Assembly (NCBI RefSeq): GCF_009914755.1
Contig: NC_060927.1
Strand: one strand, 5' to 3'
DNA from: the human T2T-CHM13v2.0 reference genome, Homo sapiens
DNA length: 64,000 nucleotides
Shown: piece after piece, positions 26,898-40,992 of the stretch
Numbering within the stretch: position 1 is the stretch's first letter
How the letters are laid out: each line of letters begins with the position of its first letter
Position numbers and translations under genes: made by a program
Notes under the pieces: generated by a model
What the model was told of the DNA's origin: nothing
The model's database searches: none
What the model saw: only the letters and a program-made list of their open reading frames with translations

Positions 26898-29220
26898 AGT
26901 TATTTTTCTTTTCATTTGTGTTGTGTGTGTGTGTGTTTTCTTTTTCCTCTACACATTTTTCACTACACTGTCTATTCTACAGCTGGGTAATTGGGTGTCT
27001 GACTTCAAGGGCAGTTCTGCTCATTTTTAAATTTTTCATTCAGCCTTTCAATAAACAAATCAGTACCAAGGGCAAGTACCTAGATCATCCCTACTTGTGC
27101 AGATATTAGGGATTTGCAGTCTGCTTCTTACTGCCATGTACCATCCATTCTATACATTTCTAAATGTTTCACTATGACTGTCAACAAAAGAACTACCCTG
27201 GGAATTTGACAATTCCGTAGATTTCTGGGCCTCACTCTTGGAAATTCAAATTTATTATGTTTGGAACAGGATCTAGAAATTGTATTTTTAAAGCTTTCTC
27301 AAAACCCAACTAATATATTTATTATTTCTCCACTATATCATTAAGTAGGTTAGTAAATTGATAATGAATTCTAAAGACTGAATAGAATCTCTTGGCTACA
27401 TTTGTGGGAGGGAAAGAGGGAGGAAATTGAAATATTTATATTATCTAAATTTGACTGCCCCTAAATTGAAAAAGCAAACATTCCAGGACAGAGGGGAAAC
27501 AGATGCCTCTTAAGCTCTTAGAGCATTTCTAGAAGAGGTAACTTGTATGTGCAGGGAATCTAGGTGTCAGTATTTGCATTTTCTGGGCCTAAATCTTGAT
27601 GCCTCTTTTCTTGGTAGTTGGGGAAAGAGTTTTTGGCCTTCTGTTTTTAGGCACATTACTTTGGAGGTGTACACCACATTTGGCCATGCTGACGGGAATC
27701 CACTGGCTCTCTCTTGTGTGCACTGTCTCTCTCTCTCTTTCTCTCATTTTCTCTCTCTGAACCTGCTGCACCAAACACTCTCCTTTATGTGATGTCTCAT
27801 GTTGATAAACTACTATCCTGCCTACCATTGACTATCTCCTGAATGGTTGCATGACTTTTCACTTTGGGGAGCTTTTTATTTTGTTTTTTTGATCTGTTCC
27901 TCTCCTCCCTTCCCCCTGCAAAAAGCAGCACTGGGAAGATAGAGGTCACATCTTCAAGGCTCTCTAGAATTTCTCACAATGCTTGTAACAACGCCAAGCC
28001 AATTGTAGATACTTACTCAATCTTTACTAATTGATGGCCATAGAATCCCCACTTACCACTCTGAATAAGCGGAGAAGAGGTATTGCATGCTACTGCCAAA
28101 ATCCACCTTCAGAGTGAATGACTTGGAGCAACTTGCTCGCATTCAAAGAACTATTAATATATCAGTAGTTACTTACAGAAGAGAGTACTCTCTCTCAGGG
28201 TCAAGTGATGAACAATTACCATAAGCTGCCAATCATAAAGTCTCAATGCTCTTTGCATTTTAGTCTCTTTGCTGCTGCTCCCCTCTGGATATAAAGTTTG
28301 AGGTTTCCAGTTACTGAACTCCTAGTTAGGCGACTGAATTTGGGAGGTTTCCAAAAGAAAGCCTTACATTTCCATTGCCTGTTGAACACTCTGCCCTCAT
28401 CTGGAAGAGCAACAAAAGAATTTCAAGAATTTGCCTTTCCTAGAATGATCAGCAGAGGTAGAGGAATGTAGAGCAACTATTAACTAAAATAAGTTAAATC
28501 CAAAGACGTCATTTATCCCTACCGACCCGATTGCTCTTTACCACGGAATTGAAAATTCATAATTGAACACTTTTAAAAAATCTATTTATAATATGAAGCT
28601 TTCACCTTCAGATTTATTTTCCAAGATGAATTCTAGAATTGGTGCTTGTAAGACCTGAATTTACCAGCTAATGTACAATTTCCTTTCATTTCTGTGATTA
28701 TCAGCAGGTCAATTTATATGACTCTGGTAATTGCAATGCGTGGGGTTATTTCTCAGAATTATCTATTCTAAAGAATAAATAATTATGGACAAAATTGAAA
28801 GCCTGAACAAAATTGAAAGCTATGGATTCACAGCTTTCCTGGGGTGGCATAAAAATTACCAGGCTGTAAAAAGTCAACCTTCAGTCTGTCCTGATTTAAC
28901 TCCCTAGTGAGTTATGCCAGTGAGACCAAACAGAGGTCCACAAGTTACCAAGCAGAGTACTACGGCCTTGGGAAGGCAGAAGTCACATCTGGTAAACATA
29001 TACTGTAAGAGGCGGAGTATACGTGTTTCTGGAAAACTGTAACTCATAGCAACTCATTTTCTTGATGAGGGTGGCAAAGGCCTGTCAGTTATGACACCAC
29101 CCAGGTCCAGCTTCCATAGCAAATACCACTACATGATCACAGAACTCTTTCCAGCTGGGCCTGGAACCAGCCTCAGAATGTTTCTTAACACAACTCTCTG
29201 ATAAAGGAAGCCCTTATTTG

Positions 29221-29526
29221 GGACAGGTGCAGTGGCTCAAGCCTGCAATCCCAGCACTTTGGAAGACTGAGGCAGGCAGATTGCTTGGGTACAAGAGTTC
29301 GAGACCAGCATGGGCAACATAGGGAGAAACCATGTCTACAAAAAATATAATAAATTAGCCATGTATGGTGGTGTGCATGCACCTGTAATCCCAGCTACTT
29401 GTGTGGCTGAGGTGGGAGGATCTCTTGAGCCCAGGAGGTCAAGGCTACAGTGAACCGTGACTGGGCCACTGCACTTCAGCTGGGGCAATGGAACAAGACC
29501 CTGTCTCTAAATAAATAAATAAATAA
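29221..29526 (+). mobile_element. AluJb
   Basis: gaggtgggaggatctcttgagcccaggaggtcaaggctacagtg; (TAAA)n tail; flanking direct repeat aagcccttat. Confidence 0.92.
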
Positions 29527-30224
29527 AGCCCTTATCAATTGATTCCCACTGGCCTGCAAGATGAACTCCATTTGCCTCCTGCTGAATTAAATGTGGTAAC
29601 AGTCATCCCACTTCCCCTGTGCGCTAAAGCCACACTTGCATTTCACTGAAAACTTTTTTAAATATAGTGGGGGGAGAAAGAGAAAATAGAACAAAAATAC
29701 TGAAGAACATGTATATACTTAAATCTGTCCTTCCCACTGTTTTTAGAAATCATTAGGTCCCCAAGAGCCACTCTTTTTTGGGTCCCTGAAAGTTCTGAAT
29801 GTTTGTCATTCAACCTCCCCGCTTGCTCTGAAGATTCTCTCAGAGCAAAGAGAGGAGGCTTCTTCTCAGTTTTCTTTGATGGCTCCTCTTTCTCTGCCCT
29901 TCCTTCTCAAAGAAGTTTCTGCCATGGGCCCTGTCTCTTCTCAGAGCCTCCACTCTCCAAAGGCAAGCTCATTTTGGCTCCTTCTCTCCAGTGGCATCTA
30001 TCAGGTTCTGTCTGCTGACCCCTCATTGAAGCGCCTGGCAGGCACTGTTCTAAGTGTTGAGGATGTGGCTGTGAACCACATAGACACATTCCTTGCTTGC
30101 ATGGAACTTAAAGTCTACTGTGGTACAGAAAGACAATAAGCAAATAAGTTCCAAGGGTAAAATGAAGCTCAATGAGGAGACAGAGATGATGGGGAAGGCA
30201 AAGAAGTGCTAGAGGAGAGAGTGC

Positions 30225-31082
30225 TGCTAACCTCAAATTTCATCTCCAGCCCAGAAATCTCTCCTAAGGTCCATACTCATGTGTCCTAATTATCTTCTGG
30301 GTGTGTCTGCCTGGAAGCCCCACAGGTGCAAAGTCAACTTTTCCACAACTGACGCATCATCTTCTTCCCTCTAAGTTCCCTACATTAGGGGAACCATCTA
30401 CCAAGACTCCATGTCAGACACCAAATGCCATCCTCAACCTCTCTCATCCCCTCCACATCCAAACAGCTTCCATGTATCTCCAATGCTCTTTGCTTCTCTA
30501 TTGCCCTTCTCTGTTCTTGATGCAATGCCCCGCTCCAGGCACCATCATCTCTCTCTGACACTGCTGAATCGGTCTTACTAACTGGACTGTCTGCCAGAGA
30601 TCTTTCCTCTCCTCTTTTCACCCCCATCTCAATTCTATTTTATATACTGTGGCTGTAGTCATATTCCTAAATGACCCATCTGATCATGTCATTCTCCGCT
30701 CAAACTCTTCTGTGACTCCCTTGTGCTCTCGGATGAAGAAACCCAACTCACAAAGCCCTTTGAGATATGACTCTTGCTTACAATGCCAACTTACTTTATC
30801 AAAATTGTCCCACAGATCCTGGTCTCCACATTCTTGCTAAACTGAGCTGTTTGCAGGTCCTCTTGGGTTCTTGCTGTTACTATGACTGCTTCCTGAAACA
30901 GATAGGTTCTTACCCTTGAGTAACGTCTTCTTATATGCCAAGTCCCACCTTGGACATGTGGGAAGCCTTCTTTGACCACAGGAAAGCCCTTCAGGGGCCC
31001 TGTCTGTGGACTAACACAGCAATTAGCATGCTGTCTGGCAAACCATAGGCATATAATGAATATCTGTTGAATAAATGAATAA
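30225..31082 (+). mobile_element. L2, ~0.85 kb 3' portion
   Basis: catctccagcccagaaatctctcct...ccatctgatcatgtcattctcc...atatctgttgaataaatgaat. Confidence 0.75.
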
Positions 31083-31234
31083 TTCAATTGACAAAAGCAA
31101 TGAAAATGTCCCCAAAATAGAGTCCTCTGGAAACTGAATCAACTCATGTAATTGTGGCTAACTTATTTTTGCTCTCACAAAATTCTGATTCATGGGTCCT
31201 CAGTGATCTAAGCCTTTGAGGGAAAGAATTCCCA

Positions 31235-31408
31235 TGTTTGGGGCAAGTCATTTATTCTCTCTGTGCCTCAGTTTCCTCATTTATAAAAGCAGAAAAATAA
31301 TTTCTGCTTTAGGGACATGTCATGATGAGGAACTGAGTGTGTAGAAAGACCCAGCACACTGCCTGGTTCACAGTAAATGGCTCTGCAAATGGTAGCTCTT
31401 ATTATTTA
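31235..31408 (+). mobile_element. MIR
   Basis: Core gggcaagtcatttattctctctgtgcctcagtttcctcatttataaaa. Confidence 0.8.
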
Positions 31409-31929
31409 AAAAAAAAATTTCTGCCTTCGAGTCAGGCTGGGAACACAAACACTCTCTGAGACTGGTGTCATTTTTCAGCAGTCACCACACCAAGGGGAAA
31501 ATGAAGAGAATAAGGGAAAATGCATCTTCTTTATCAAATGCCCTCCTTTCCTTTGAAAATCTCCTCAGCACTTTGGACTTGCTATTCTGTTTTTATTCTG
31601 AGTTCATTTAGCTTTAAGCTCACAGTCTTTATTTTAATACACACTGCATTTTAACAAGTAGGTCAAAGCCATTTTATACTTGCAATATGATTACCATAGT
31701 AATCGCTATATTTTATAACCTGCAAAATGCTCCCAGGGAGACCGGTAGGGACAGCTACAGTTTGTAACAAAAATAATAATTTCAGCCCGGCAGAATAAGC
31801 TCTCTTAAAAACTCTCTTGTTGCAAGTATTAATTTTTGAGGCTCCCATAATATTTGGAAACAGCAAATGCTAATGACTAAAGACTTAGTCAAGAGCAGTT
31901 AATTTCAGTAGCTTTATGTTTGGAAAGAT

Positions 31930-32560
31930 GATAATAATAGTAATAGTAATAATAATAATAATAATAGCAACTAATGCTTCTAAAGTGTTTGAAGTAGATT
32001 ATCTGCAAAAATTGTCTGACTAAGTCCCTCACCTGCACGTGTGCTTTGAGTAGTCCCCTCCCGTACTGACTCTGGGTTTGGCTATGTAACTTGCTTCAAC
32101 CAATGGAATTTTGCTGCTATTGAGAACCCTATGACCACAGACTTCAGAACAAGCTCAGTTGCTATTAGCCCAACTGCCATTATACTAATCATGTAAGCGA
32201 AGCCACGCTGGACTATCCAGCCCCAGTCAAGGCAGCCCAGATGAGAAGAACTGCCCAGCCAACCCAAAATCATGAGAAATAACAGATGTGTGTTTTTTTA
32301 AGCTACTAAATGTTGGGATGTTTTGTTATGCAGCATAAGCTAACTCATAACAGTATTTATGTCATATAAGGCATTCCTCAAAGGGCTTTAAACAAAGTAA
32401 TTCATCTCTCTACAACAAACCTTTGGGGGGGGCAGTACTATTATTTATTTCATAGATGAAGGAATTAAAGCACACAGATCTGGTAACTCTGACCAAGGTC
32501 ACACACAACTAGAAAGTGACAGAGCCAGAATTTGAACCCAGTCAGTCTGGCTCCTAAACT
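31930..32560 (-). mobile_element. MIR with (AAT)n tail, split by an MLT1 LTR
   Basis: (aat)n-agcaactaatg...; ccaaggtcacacacaactagaaagtgacagagccagaatttgaacccagtcagtctggctcc. Confidence 0.75.
31990..32352 (+). mobile_element. MLT1 (G/H-type) solo LTR
   Basis: TG...CA ends; ggctatgtaacttgcttcaaccaatgg; ttttaagctactaaatgttggg...ttgttatgcagca; near-TSD gtgtt/gtatt. Confidence 0.7.
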
Positions 32561-33732
32561 ATACAACACTGACTGTTAACATATTCATTTTTCTCCCATA
32601 GAAATATTTATTTTATACCATAGTTATAAAAAATTTATCAATGTCAGTAGTTATGTCAATAATCAAGACCACAAAATCCTATTGTGTCCTAAGGAAATCT
32701 CACAGGAATACATTTTGGACCTTGAACACAGTAGACCAAAAGTGTGCCCACCCATCCACACACCAAATTTCATTAAAAGATTCTCACTGATACATATGAC
32801 ATTCAGAATTAACTTCAAAAACGTAAAGTGAGTAAGGTTCAATCAGACTTTATTCATTTACATTTTTAAGTTTTTTAGGTCACACATTTCCTGAATTCTT
32901 CATACATTTTATTTCAGTAAACTGAATTACAAAACAATACAAGCTTTTTAAATTCAAAATCTAAATTATATAAAGTAATAATGATTCCCTCTCCTTCTCT
33001 TATCCTTCAACTTCACCTTGCTAATGTAACAAACTATTAATAATTTAATGTGTATCTTTTTATACTTTTCCTCTAATCATGCAAACACTTATTAAAGGCC
33101 TACCAAGTTACTGTTCTTTAACATTGAAAATAAGAAGAAAAAAAAAACAGTTGGCTACAAACTCAAGAGCATATTTAACAACCTTGTCATTCAAAGAAAT
33201 TTTATAAAAGCCTTAGTTCATTATAATCAAGTATCTTTATTAACTGTATTTTAATTCTCAAAAGTAACAATTATTCTTTCACTTTATACAATCAACAGAA
33301 AGGTTAGCTTTCACAACACAAACCAAAAGCCAGTCTTCTGCTCTATTTGGTCTAAAATAAAATTCTTAACCGAAAGTCATTACTATGCCTTTGAAAACTG
33401 AAGTCTGATTCTCAGAATGGCCATGCTAGAAGGCAGCCCTGGAGGTCCAAAACAAGTCATTGAAATCACAAACAAACAACGACAACAGAAAACCCAGCAC
33501 ATGCACAAATACAAAAACGGTAGACTATCCCCCTTCAGGACAAGAGAGTGTAGCTGACTGCAATAAATTATCTTAGAAGACAACAGTGTCAGTATATATT
33601 GCATGTAGATAAGAACTATGAGATGTCAACTTCTATCAAATGACAGCATCCCAACATATCGCATTGTAATTTTTAAAAAATCCAACTTATTTTTATTTGG
33701 ATCAAAAGGTTTTACCCCACTGACAAATAGCC

Positions 33733-34092
33733 CATATTAGTCCATTTTTACACTGCTGATGGACATAATTGAGACTGGGTAATTTATAAAGAAAAAGAGG
33801 TTTAATGGACTCACAGTTCCACCTGGCTGGGGAGGCCTCACAATCATGGCAGAAGGCAAAAGCCATGTCTTGCATGGCAGCAGGCAAAAGAGAATGAGAG
33901 CCAAGTGAAAGAGGAAACCCCTTATAAAACCATCAGATCTCGTGAGACTTATTCACTACCATGAGAACAATATGCAGGAAACCACCCCCATGACTCAATT
34001 ATCTCGCCCCAGGTCCCTCCCACAACATGTGGGAATTATGGGAGCTACAATTCAAGATGAGATTTGGGTGGGGACACAGCCAAGCCATGTCA
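33733..34092 (-). mobile_element. THE1B/C solo LTR with 5-bp TSD
   Basis: gagactgggtaatttataaagaaaaagaggtttaatggactcacag...gggacacagccaagccatgtca; TSD TAGCC at 33728-33732 and 34093-34097. Confidence 0.93.
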
Positions 34093-34827
34093 TAGCCTTT
34101 CTAGGGAATATATAAAAAGTCAACACTAACATAGGAAATGTTATCTTTGTATCTGCTTGGCTCCATTTTCCTTCTTCTTAAATAACATGCTATTTTAAAG
34201 AATCTGTAGATAAAGAATGCGATCAGTGGGGATGGTGAAGATTCAATTCAGATTTTGTAAATACTCTTAAGAAAGAGAGGTCTCCTGATCGTTCTGTTTG
34301 AATAAGATACACATGAAAGTGATGCAACCCAATCTTTCCGTAACGGAATACATACTCCAACTTTAAGGGCACCAGAGCCCCATTAAAATTTAGGGTAGAG
34401 CTAGTGAGCACTCTGTTAGAATATATGTATATATATATGATATACACCATAGTTTTTTTCTAAGTCCGTGATTAAGCCAGGAGTCTCTAACTTGGATAAG
34501 TAATTAAAGGATCATGATGAGAGAAGCACTAATTTAACACAGAAGCCATCACTGAGCTCTTTGTTTTTACTAGTTCATCCATTCAACATCAAATGGATCT
34601 TACTGAGCGTCTACTATATGCCAGGTCATGGGACAAGTCTTAGGAATATAAGAGTGAGGGGGACATGCAGTGGAACAGAAGATATACCCCAAAGGAATGA
34701 ACAAGAAGATAAGAAGATGGTACAGCTGCAGTGGAGCTACAGAAGGAATTTTCCTCCTAACAAGTCTAATTAGACGCTTCAAGTTAACATGAAATGTTTA
34801 ATAATTGCAACTATGGGATTTCTCAGA

Positions 34828-35040
34828 ATTCATTCATTCATTGAACACTCCTATATGCCAGGCAGTGCTGGAAATACTAAAAGAATAAGACATGGGCTTT
34901 GCCTTCATAGGGTCCTCAAGTCAACAGACGAATATGAATAAGAACCTGGTGGTACTGAGTCACAGAGGAAGAACACACAACCTGGTTTTAGGGAGGAGGT
35001 CTCCCCATATAAGGTACATCTAAGCTAATACTTTAAGCCT
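34828..35040 (-). mobile_element. L2 fragment
   Basis: attcattcattcattgaacactcctatatgccaggcagtgctgg. Confidence 0.6.
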
Positions 35041-35157
35041 GAAGTTCTTTTGGACTTTAAAATGGAATTCCATTAAAAATATTTCCAGCCAATGATAAAA
35101 AAAAAATAAAGCTGCTTCTTATGTTGAGTGAGCAAGTACCTACATAAGACCTCTAGC

Positions 35158-35316
35158 ACAGTAATTGCCAAATTTTAATGTGCATAGGAACTCCCTGGGA
35201 TCTGGTTAAAATGCAGATTCTGACCCAGTAGGTCCTGGGTGAGACCTGAGATTCTGCATTTTCAACTAGTAACCAGGTGATGCTGAGGCTGAGGACCACA
35301 CTTGAAGCAGCGAGGC
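35158..35316. mobile_element. MER5A/MER5A1
   Basis: gttaaaatgcagattctgacccagtaggtc...gagattctgcattttc...gaccacacttga. Confidence 0.8.
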
Positions 35317-35321
35317 TGTAG

Positions 35322-35638
35322 CACAAAACAGCCCTCTGGCCAACAGATGTGTTGTGTTTGGCCCATGTAGTGCTCCAAAACATCTCTATTAGCTGCTGAC
35401 TTTTTAAAATTAGGACATTTTATGTAAAAAGCAGAATTTCCTGTTTCTTTTGAGAAATTTAAGATCAGACCAACTGGGCCCTAAATTTTCACAAGGCGGT
35501 GGTAAGCCAGAAACAGGGGAGGAGACCTGTGATCTTTGGTTTCTCCAGTTCCTTCTACTTTCATGGGAGCTCTTACCTCCACTGACTTCACTCTACATGC
35601 CTTCCACCCCCTTAGGTATCTGCATTTGTAACTCAGGT
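35322..35638. mobile_element. MER102-like hAT-Charlie element
   Basis: cagatgtgttgtgtttggccc...aatttcctgtttcttttgagaaat...ctgggccc. Confidence 0.6.
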
Positions 35639-37246
35639 TCTAGCAGCCTGAAACTTAACAACGCACCAAACCACCCAACATGCTTCCAGAAGTAGTCTGC
35701 TCACCTGGCAGGAATTGGCACCATTAATTTATACTAAGAACGTACCTATAGCTTTGTATGGAAACAGCACAGCTCTCTGTTGCCAAATTCATTTGGCTTG
35801 GCAAATGCCTGAACTGCTCCAAGGTGCCATTTCAGGATACCCCATTAAGGGGATAACAGCATTTATGGAAGGACCTGTGTGGACAGTGAGATTGCACAGC
35901 CGGATCCTAAGAGCCCACTCTCATTCTTTAAGATGTCAGGAACTGAAGGCATCTGGAAACACTTCTCAAACACGAGTCTTGGCCAGAGGTGGGGGAGGGA
36001 CTCCACCTGGGGAGAACATGTTTGTCAGCAAATGTGTGAGTAGGCGCTGGCAGACAGAGTGCACATCTTTTCATGGCGGAATATTAATCTGTGTGCTGGC
36101 ACTTGGCTATTTTTGTATTTGAATGATGTCTCTTCATTTGGACCAGATAGAAATGTTCCGCTTCATGGTTCAGACTTCTGCAATTGCCAGACGCCCTCAT
36201 GAGACATCCCTGCTATCCACATATTAACAGACAAAGTGAAACAGACTGGTAAAATTTTTAGTATCAATTGATGAAAAGTATACCAGAAACCACTTATTCT
36301 ATGATGCTTCTGATGCCTGATGTGTCTGTCATTTCCTATGACGAGCAAGATCTATTATTACAGTGGTAGGACCAGAATTAGGGCTTGTAAAAAAGAAAAT
36401 CAGATCAGTTTCCTGTGTTTGTGCCTGCCACCATACATCTTGTTCATCATTACTTTTCTTTACTGGGGCCATATTTATGAGCCTTTCTAGGGCTTGAACC
36501 TATCTTTACCTGTCATTGCTGAATTGTTAGACCAAAACAGCATTTTCTAAGAGTCAGTGATATGAGAGAGAGTAAAATTTAAAAAAAAATAAATAAATTA
36601 TTGACAAGGAATAAATGCTTAAACCCGAGCCAAAAAATGGAGTTTAGGGCATATGCATATTAACATATACACATGATCATGCCACACACAGACATATTAA
36701 TTTTGTGAGAATAAGAACAAACAAGGAGAATTCATATCCCCTTGACTCAAACAGAGTTTGGGAATATTAGGATAACTCATCGTATTTGTGTTTGTTGGCT
36801 GATAGTGTTTAAGTCTTAACTTTTAAAAACTTTCCAGGACTGAACCTTGGCATAAGTGACAAACACCTAGGAAACTGCTCTAAAAACCCATTAGCCAACA
36901 ATGCAGGGAAGTCTAAATTGAACTAAGTGGATCTCAGAAGTTCCTCTCCGATGGTTACCCATAATTCTTAATCATACGGTCTGCAAGTGAATGTCATTGT
37001 ACTAAGCACCATATGGTATTTGCTCATCACAGCTGTGGCTAAATGATCCCATGGTTATCTGTTCCATGTTGGTCTTCCCTTCCAGAATATAAAACCACAT
37101 GGTAGCAGTGCCCACACTTATCCATCACTTCAACCCCAGATCCAGCCCAGCACCTGGAACATAGAAGGTACTCAAATATTTATTGATTCATTGAATGAAC
37201 AGAGATGAAATTAGTGGATAAAACTAAGCTAGGAAACAGTTACTGC

Positions 37247-37767
37247 TGAAGGAGTTCAGGAGATACTACCGCAAATATGTCACTTTGGTATGCTGATGAT
37301 TTCAAACTGAGGGCACTTGGGAGACAGTGGATATAAGAAGGGGCTTTCTCTGGGCTCCTCTTTAGTTGTCTGAAGACAGATACTGCAAAAGGGAGTCAAT
37401 TGTCATAAATCCTCTCCCAGGGAATCTCACCAACCAGGGAACTTTGGCTTACAGGAGAAGAGACCTCCAGGTGATACCACACCCAGACAGATTTTTGTCA
37501 CAGCCTGTTCTTCGGAAGGCCTACTCATCTTTCCCAAGAATCACTTACTCTCTCCTACGTCGCCCACCACCACCTATCCTCTTCCCTAAGGAAAGGGTAT
37601 ATAAGCTTTCAAATATCACTGGGTTTGGGATATTCACTTTTCTTTCACGTGGTGCCCTCATGCACATGCATATCTTTATTCTTGTTAATCTGCCTATTGT
37701 CAGTTTATTTCATAAACTCAATTATTGAACCCTCAGAGGGTAGAGGGAAAGTCTTCCCTCCCTGACA
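37247..37767 (+). mobile_element. ERV1 solo LTR, MER34 family
   Basis: TGAAGGAGTTCAG...aaatatgtcactttggtatgctgatgatttc; TATA gggtatataagc; ends ccctgaCA; 4-bp near-TSD ctgc/ctgt. Confidence 0.8.
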
Positions 37768-40700
37768 CTGTTCTTAGGAAAGTTGCACTCAGAATGGGAA
37801 CTTACTCAGAGAAATACAGATTTACTATTATTACCTATAATGATGGCATTGATGACATGGCATAGAAGACAGATAGGAGCAAGTAGATCAGAGAGGATTC
37901 TAAAAGATTCTAGCTAAACAGAAAGTCGTTACTAGTCTGTAAGAACTAGAGTCAGATCCTAATTATCACCATTGTGCTTTTAAGTACCAAATGCTAACTT
38001 GGGAGCTTGAATTTGGAACTCAAGTCAAAATGATAAGGTTGACCTCTTTTTAAGATTTACTAAATCATCTCTCTTTATTTTTGTTCAACTGCACTTCAAT
38101 CATTTTTTAAAGCTCCCAGAACTATAGAACATTCAAATACTCTGAGGAGCAATGACTATATCTAGAACCTTAATGAAAATTTTAAAGGTTGATTTCATTC
38201 TCAAGTGCTTCAATAAAAACAAGAACAAGAACAACACTGAGGCCCAAGCAAGAACTCAGGTAGGGTAGTGTGAAATTCAAATGCAAGGTAGATGGATTCC
38301 TGAGAAAGGGAGAAAGTCAAGTGTCTTGGCATTCTACAAAAATTTACAACACGTGCAACACAACTGTGCCTATATCGTTTGAAAGAATCTTTCATTGTTT
38401 AAAATTGTCAATTGTGGATAAACATGTTGCAAAAAAAGATAAAGAGATTGACCACACCACAGCAGTTTTAATCGTAACCATGAACAGAAGGTAATGGCTT
38501 CATTTCTTTATTCTTTCAAGGAAATAGGGTTGTATTTGTTACCCATAACAACATTGACAGGTTCAACTTCTGGAACCACCAAACATAAATGCCTAAAAAC
38601 TTTCTTTTACTCTTAACTAAAAAATAAATCCATACCCAACAGAGAAAGCTTTGTTAGGCAAGAGATACTTAAGTGTGAATTCCACACAAAATTGGGTTTG
38701 CTTTTGGTTGCAGAGATGTGCCCTCCTTAGGTAAATATAATGGCAAGATACAAAGTACTCTTTCCTTGGAAAGCCTTAGCTCATAAGATTATATATCAGT
38801 GAAGTACATTTTTGTAACAGAAACGAATAAATGTTACAGTGTGCACCTGAAGTTCAACTCAATTCCAGAAAAGCAGTTTTCAGTGGTAACATCTAAATCA
38901 GGTACCCAATCCAAGCATTTTTCAAATGGCCAAAACTGGAGTAATAGTATCTTTTACACAAATATCTTTCAAATGAATTATGGCAATATAATCTAAGACA
39001 CGCTCACATTTCCAAATAATAAAACATAGGCAAAAATTTAAATAACTGTCTTGCATCATTGCTGTCATAGAAATTATGACAACTGTCTATAGAAAATTAG
39101 GATATGAAAAGAGGAGGTTGTGGATAGCATTGGTCTCCCAAGCCAAGACTCAACCACTTCATCTAACACAAACCTGGGCATATCTTAGGTCTTTTCCGCC
39201 TGACTTTGAACTTGAACAGTGAACATCTGTCTTTTGTCTTCTTTAAAATGAAAGAATTAGATAGCACAATCTAGACAGTTTCAAACAACTGTAACTAGAA
39301 TACTTTTCCACTATATAATTAGGTTAGACAAAGACACCACATGAATAATATTGAACTGTTGTGATAGCCTTCAACACCACAGGAGTTTAACAACCCCACT
39401 GGGAATCAACCCCACTGGCAGAAAAAATCTTAGAAGCTGTGACAACATGTGAGTCAAGATATCCAAAGTTAAACAGGCTCTCACTTTAATATCTAGAAAT
39501 AATATCTAGAAAATGTGTGGCCCTAAGAGAGAAAGTTTTTGAAAAGGTGCCATTTTCCAACAATCTCAAAGGTCATTAAAGTTAGCTGGCATGACATTTA
39601 GATACTTTAAGAGACAAAGAAATGCAAACCCCATGCAGGAAATACAGAGTAGCCTGGAGTGCTCCAGACTTCTATAACATCTAGCTTAAATCTAAGGGTC
39701 ACAGGCTATCTATCTGACCACTCACTTTATTAATTTATGAAGTCAACGACATAGTAAATATAAATAGGACTCAGGGTATCCCAACAGCATTAAGGACAAG
39801 AATCCAGTTTGCGTTGCACCTGAAGTTTTCAATCATCGTGCAATCTCAACCAGCTGACGAGGTATCCTTAGAAGACAAGTGTTTCCTTAGTGAATAAGCA
39901 CCTTTTGACCTCAGAAAGATTTACAATGAGGTACAGACATGTCTAAGGGAAGCCTATTACAAAACTTTATATTGTTTGTGTTATGAAATCTATAAATATT
40001 TTGCACTTAATCACTTTAACATTTAAGAGAATTTGGCCCATCCAAATTACCGGTTGTTTTTGTTATTTCAATTTAAAACATCTTGTTATTCCAGTTTACT
40101 TGAGTAAGGAGTACAGGCTTATTTGAAACTAAAAAAAATCTCATGAAATTTACATATAGTTTTAGGATATTTAGGTCAATGTTCACCACATTTATAAGTT
40201 TGATTTATGAGAATTATAATAATTATTAAAAGAGACAGGAAAAGATGTTTTCCTTGGGGAAGGAAGAAGCCAAGCCAGATGATTTAAAAAGAAACCAATT
40301 GCTTTGTGTTTATGAATGCATCTCAAAATATAAAGAGTTACTTATGTTTGTAAACGCAGACTGAAGATTTATAAATGTGATAGAATAGTAAGACTGAATG
40401 TTGAACTTTAGGAAGAATTGGTTAATTAATTGAATGTTAATTTTTAAAACCAAAGCCACCTGTAAATAATCTTTCCTTTAAAGAAAAACTGCCCTCCAGG
40501 GGCTCAGAAAACTCATAAAAACCTCTGCTTGTAAGGTAGCCTCCAAGGGCTGGTGTGAAGGCCACAGTAGGGATTGGGGCTGATTAATATGTGGTAATGT
40601 AACATGTCTCAGGGTAGGCCCAGTCTATCAGCTGCCAACAAGTACGAAATCCATGCTGCAGGCCACGCCCTGTGCTAAGCACTTTGTAGACAGCACCTCT

Positions 40701-40845
40701 TTGTTTTATACAGCAGCAATGCAAAGCTTAGGGACGTTAGGTAACCTGCCACGATGACAGGAATGGGACTTGAACCCAGTGCTCTCAACCACCACCCATT
40801 TGCCTCCTGTAAGAAAAATATCCCATCGACCTAGTGAATTTCTAG

Positions 40846-40985
40846 AATCTTGCTACTCAAAGTGTGGTCCAGGGAACCATCAGAATTGGCACTGCCTGGG
40901 AGCATTTAGAAATGCAGATCCTCAGCCCTACTGAATGAGGGTCTGCAGGTGATTCTTGGGCACGTTAGAGTATGAGAAGCAGTCT
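40846..40985. mobile_element. MER5A
   Basis: gctactcaaagtgtggtcc...gggagcatttagaaatgcagat...tgagaagca. Confidence 0.7.
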
Positions 40986-40992
40986 TCTGGAG

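Noticed and set aside
37366-37728. 120-aa ORF
   Set aside because: Lies wholly inside the MER34-type LTR and has no gag/pol/env similarity.
39391-39512. Short direct repeats (caaccccactgg x2, taatatctagaaa x2)
   Set aside because: Only two copies each; ordinary micro-duplications, not a CRISPR-like array.
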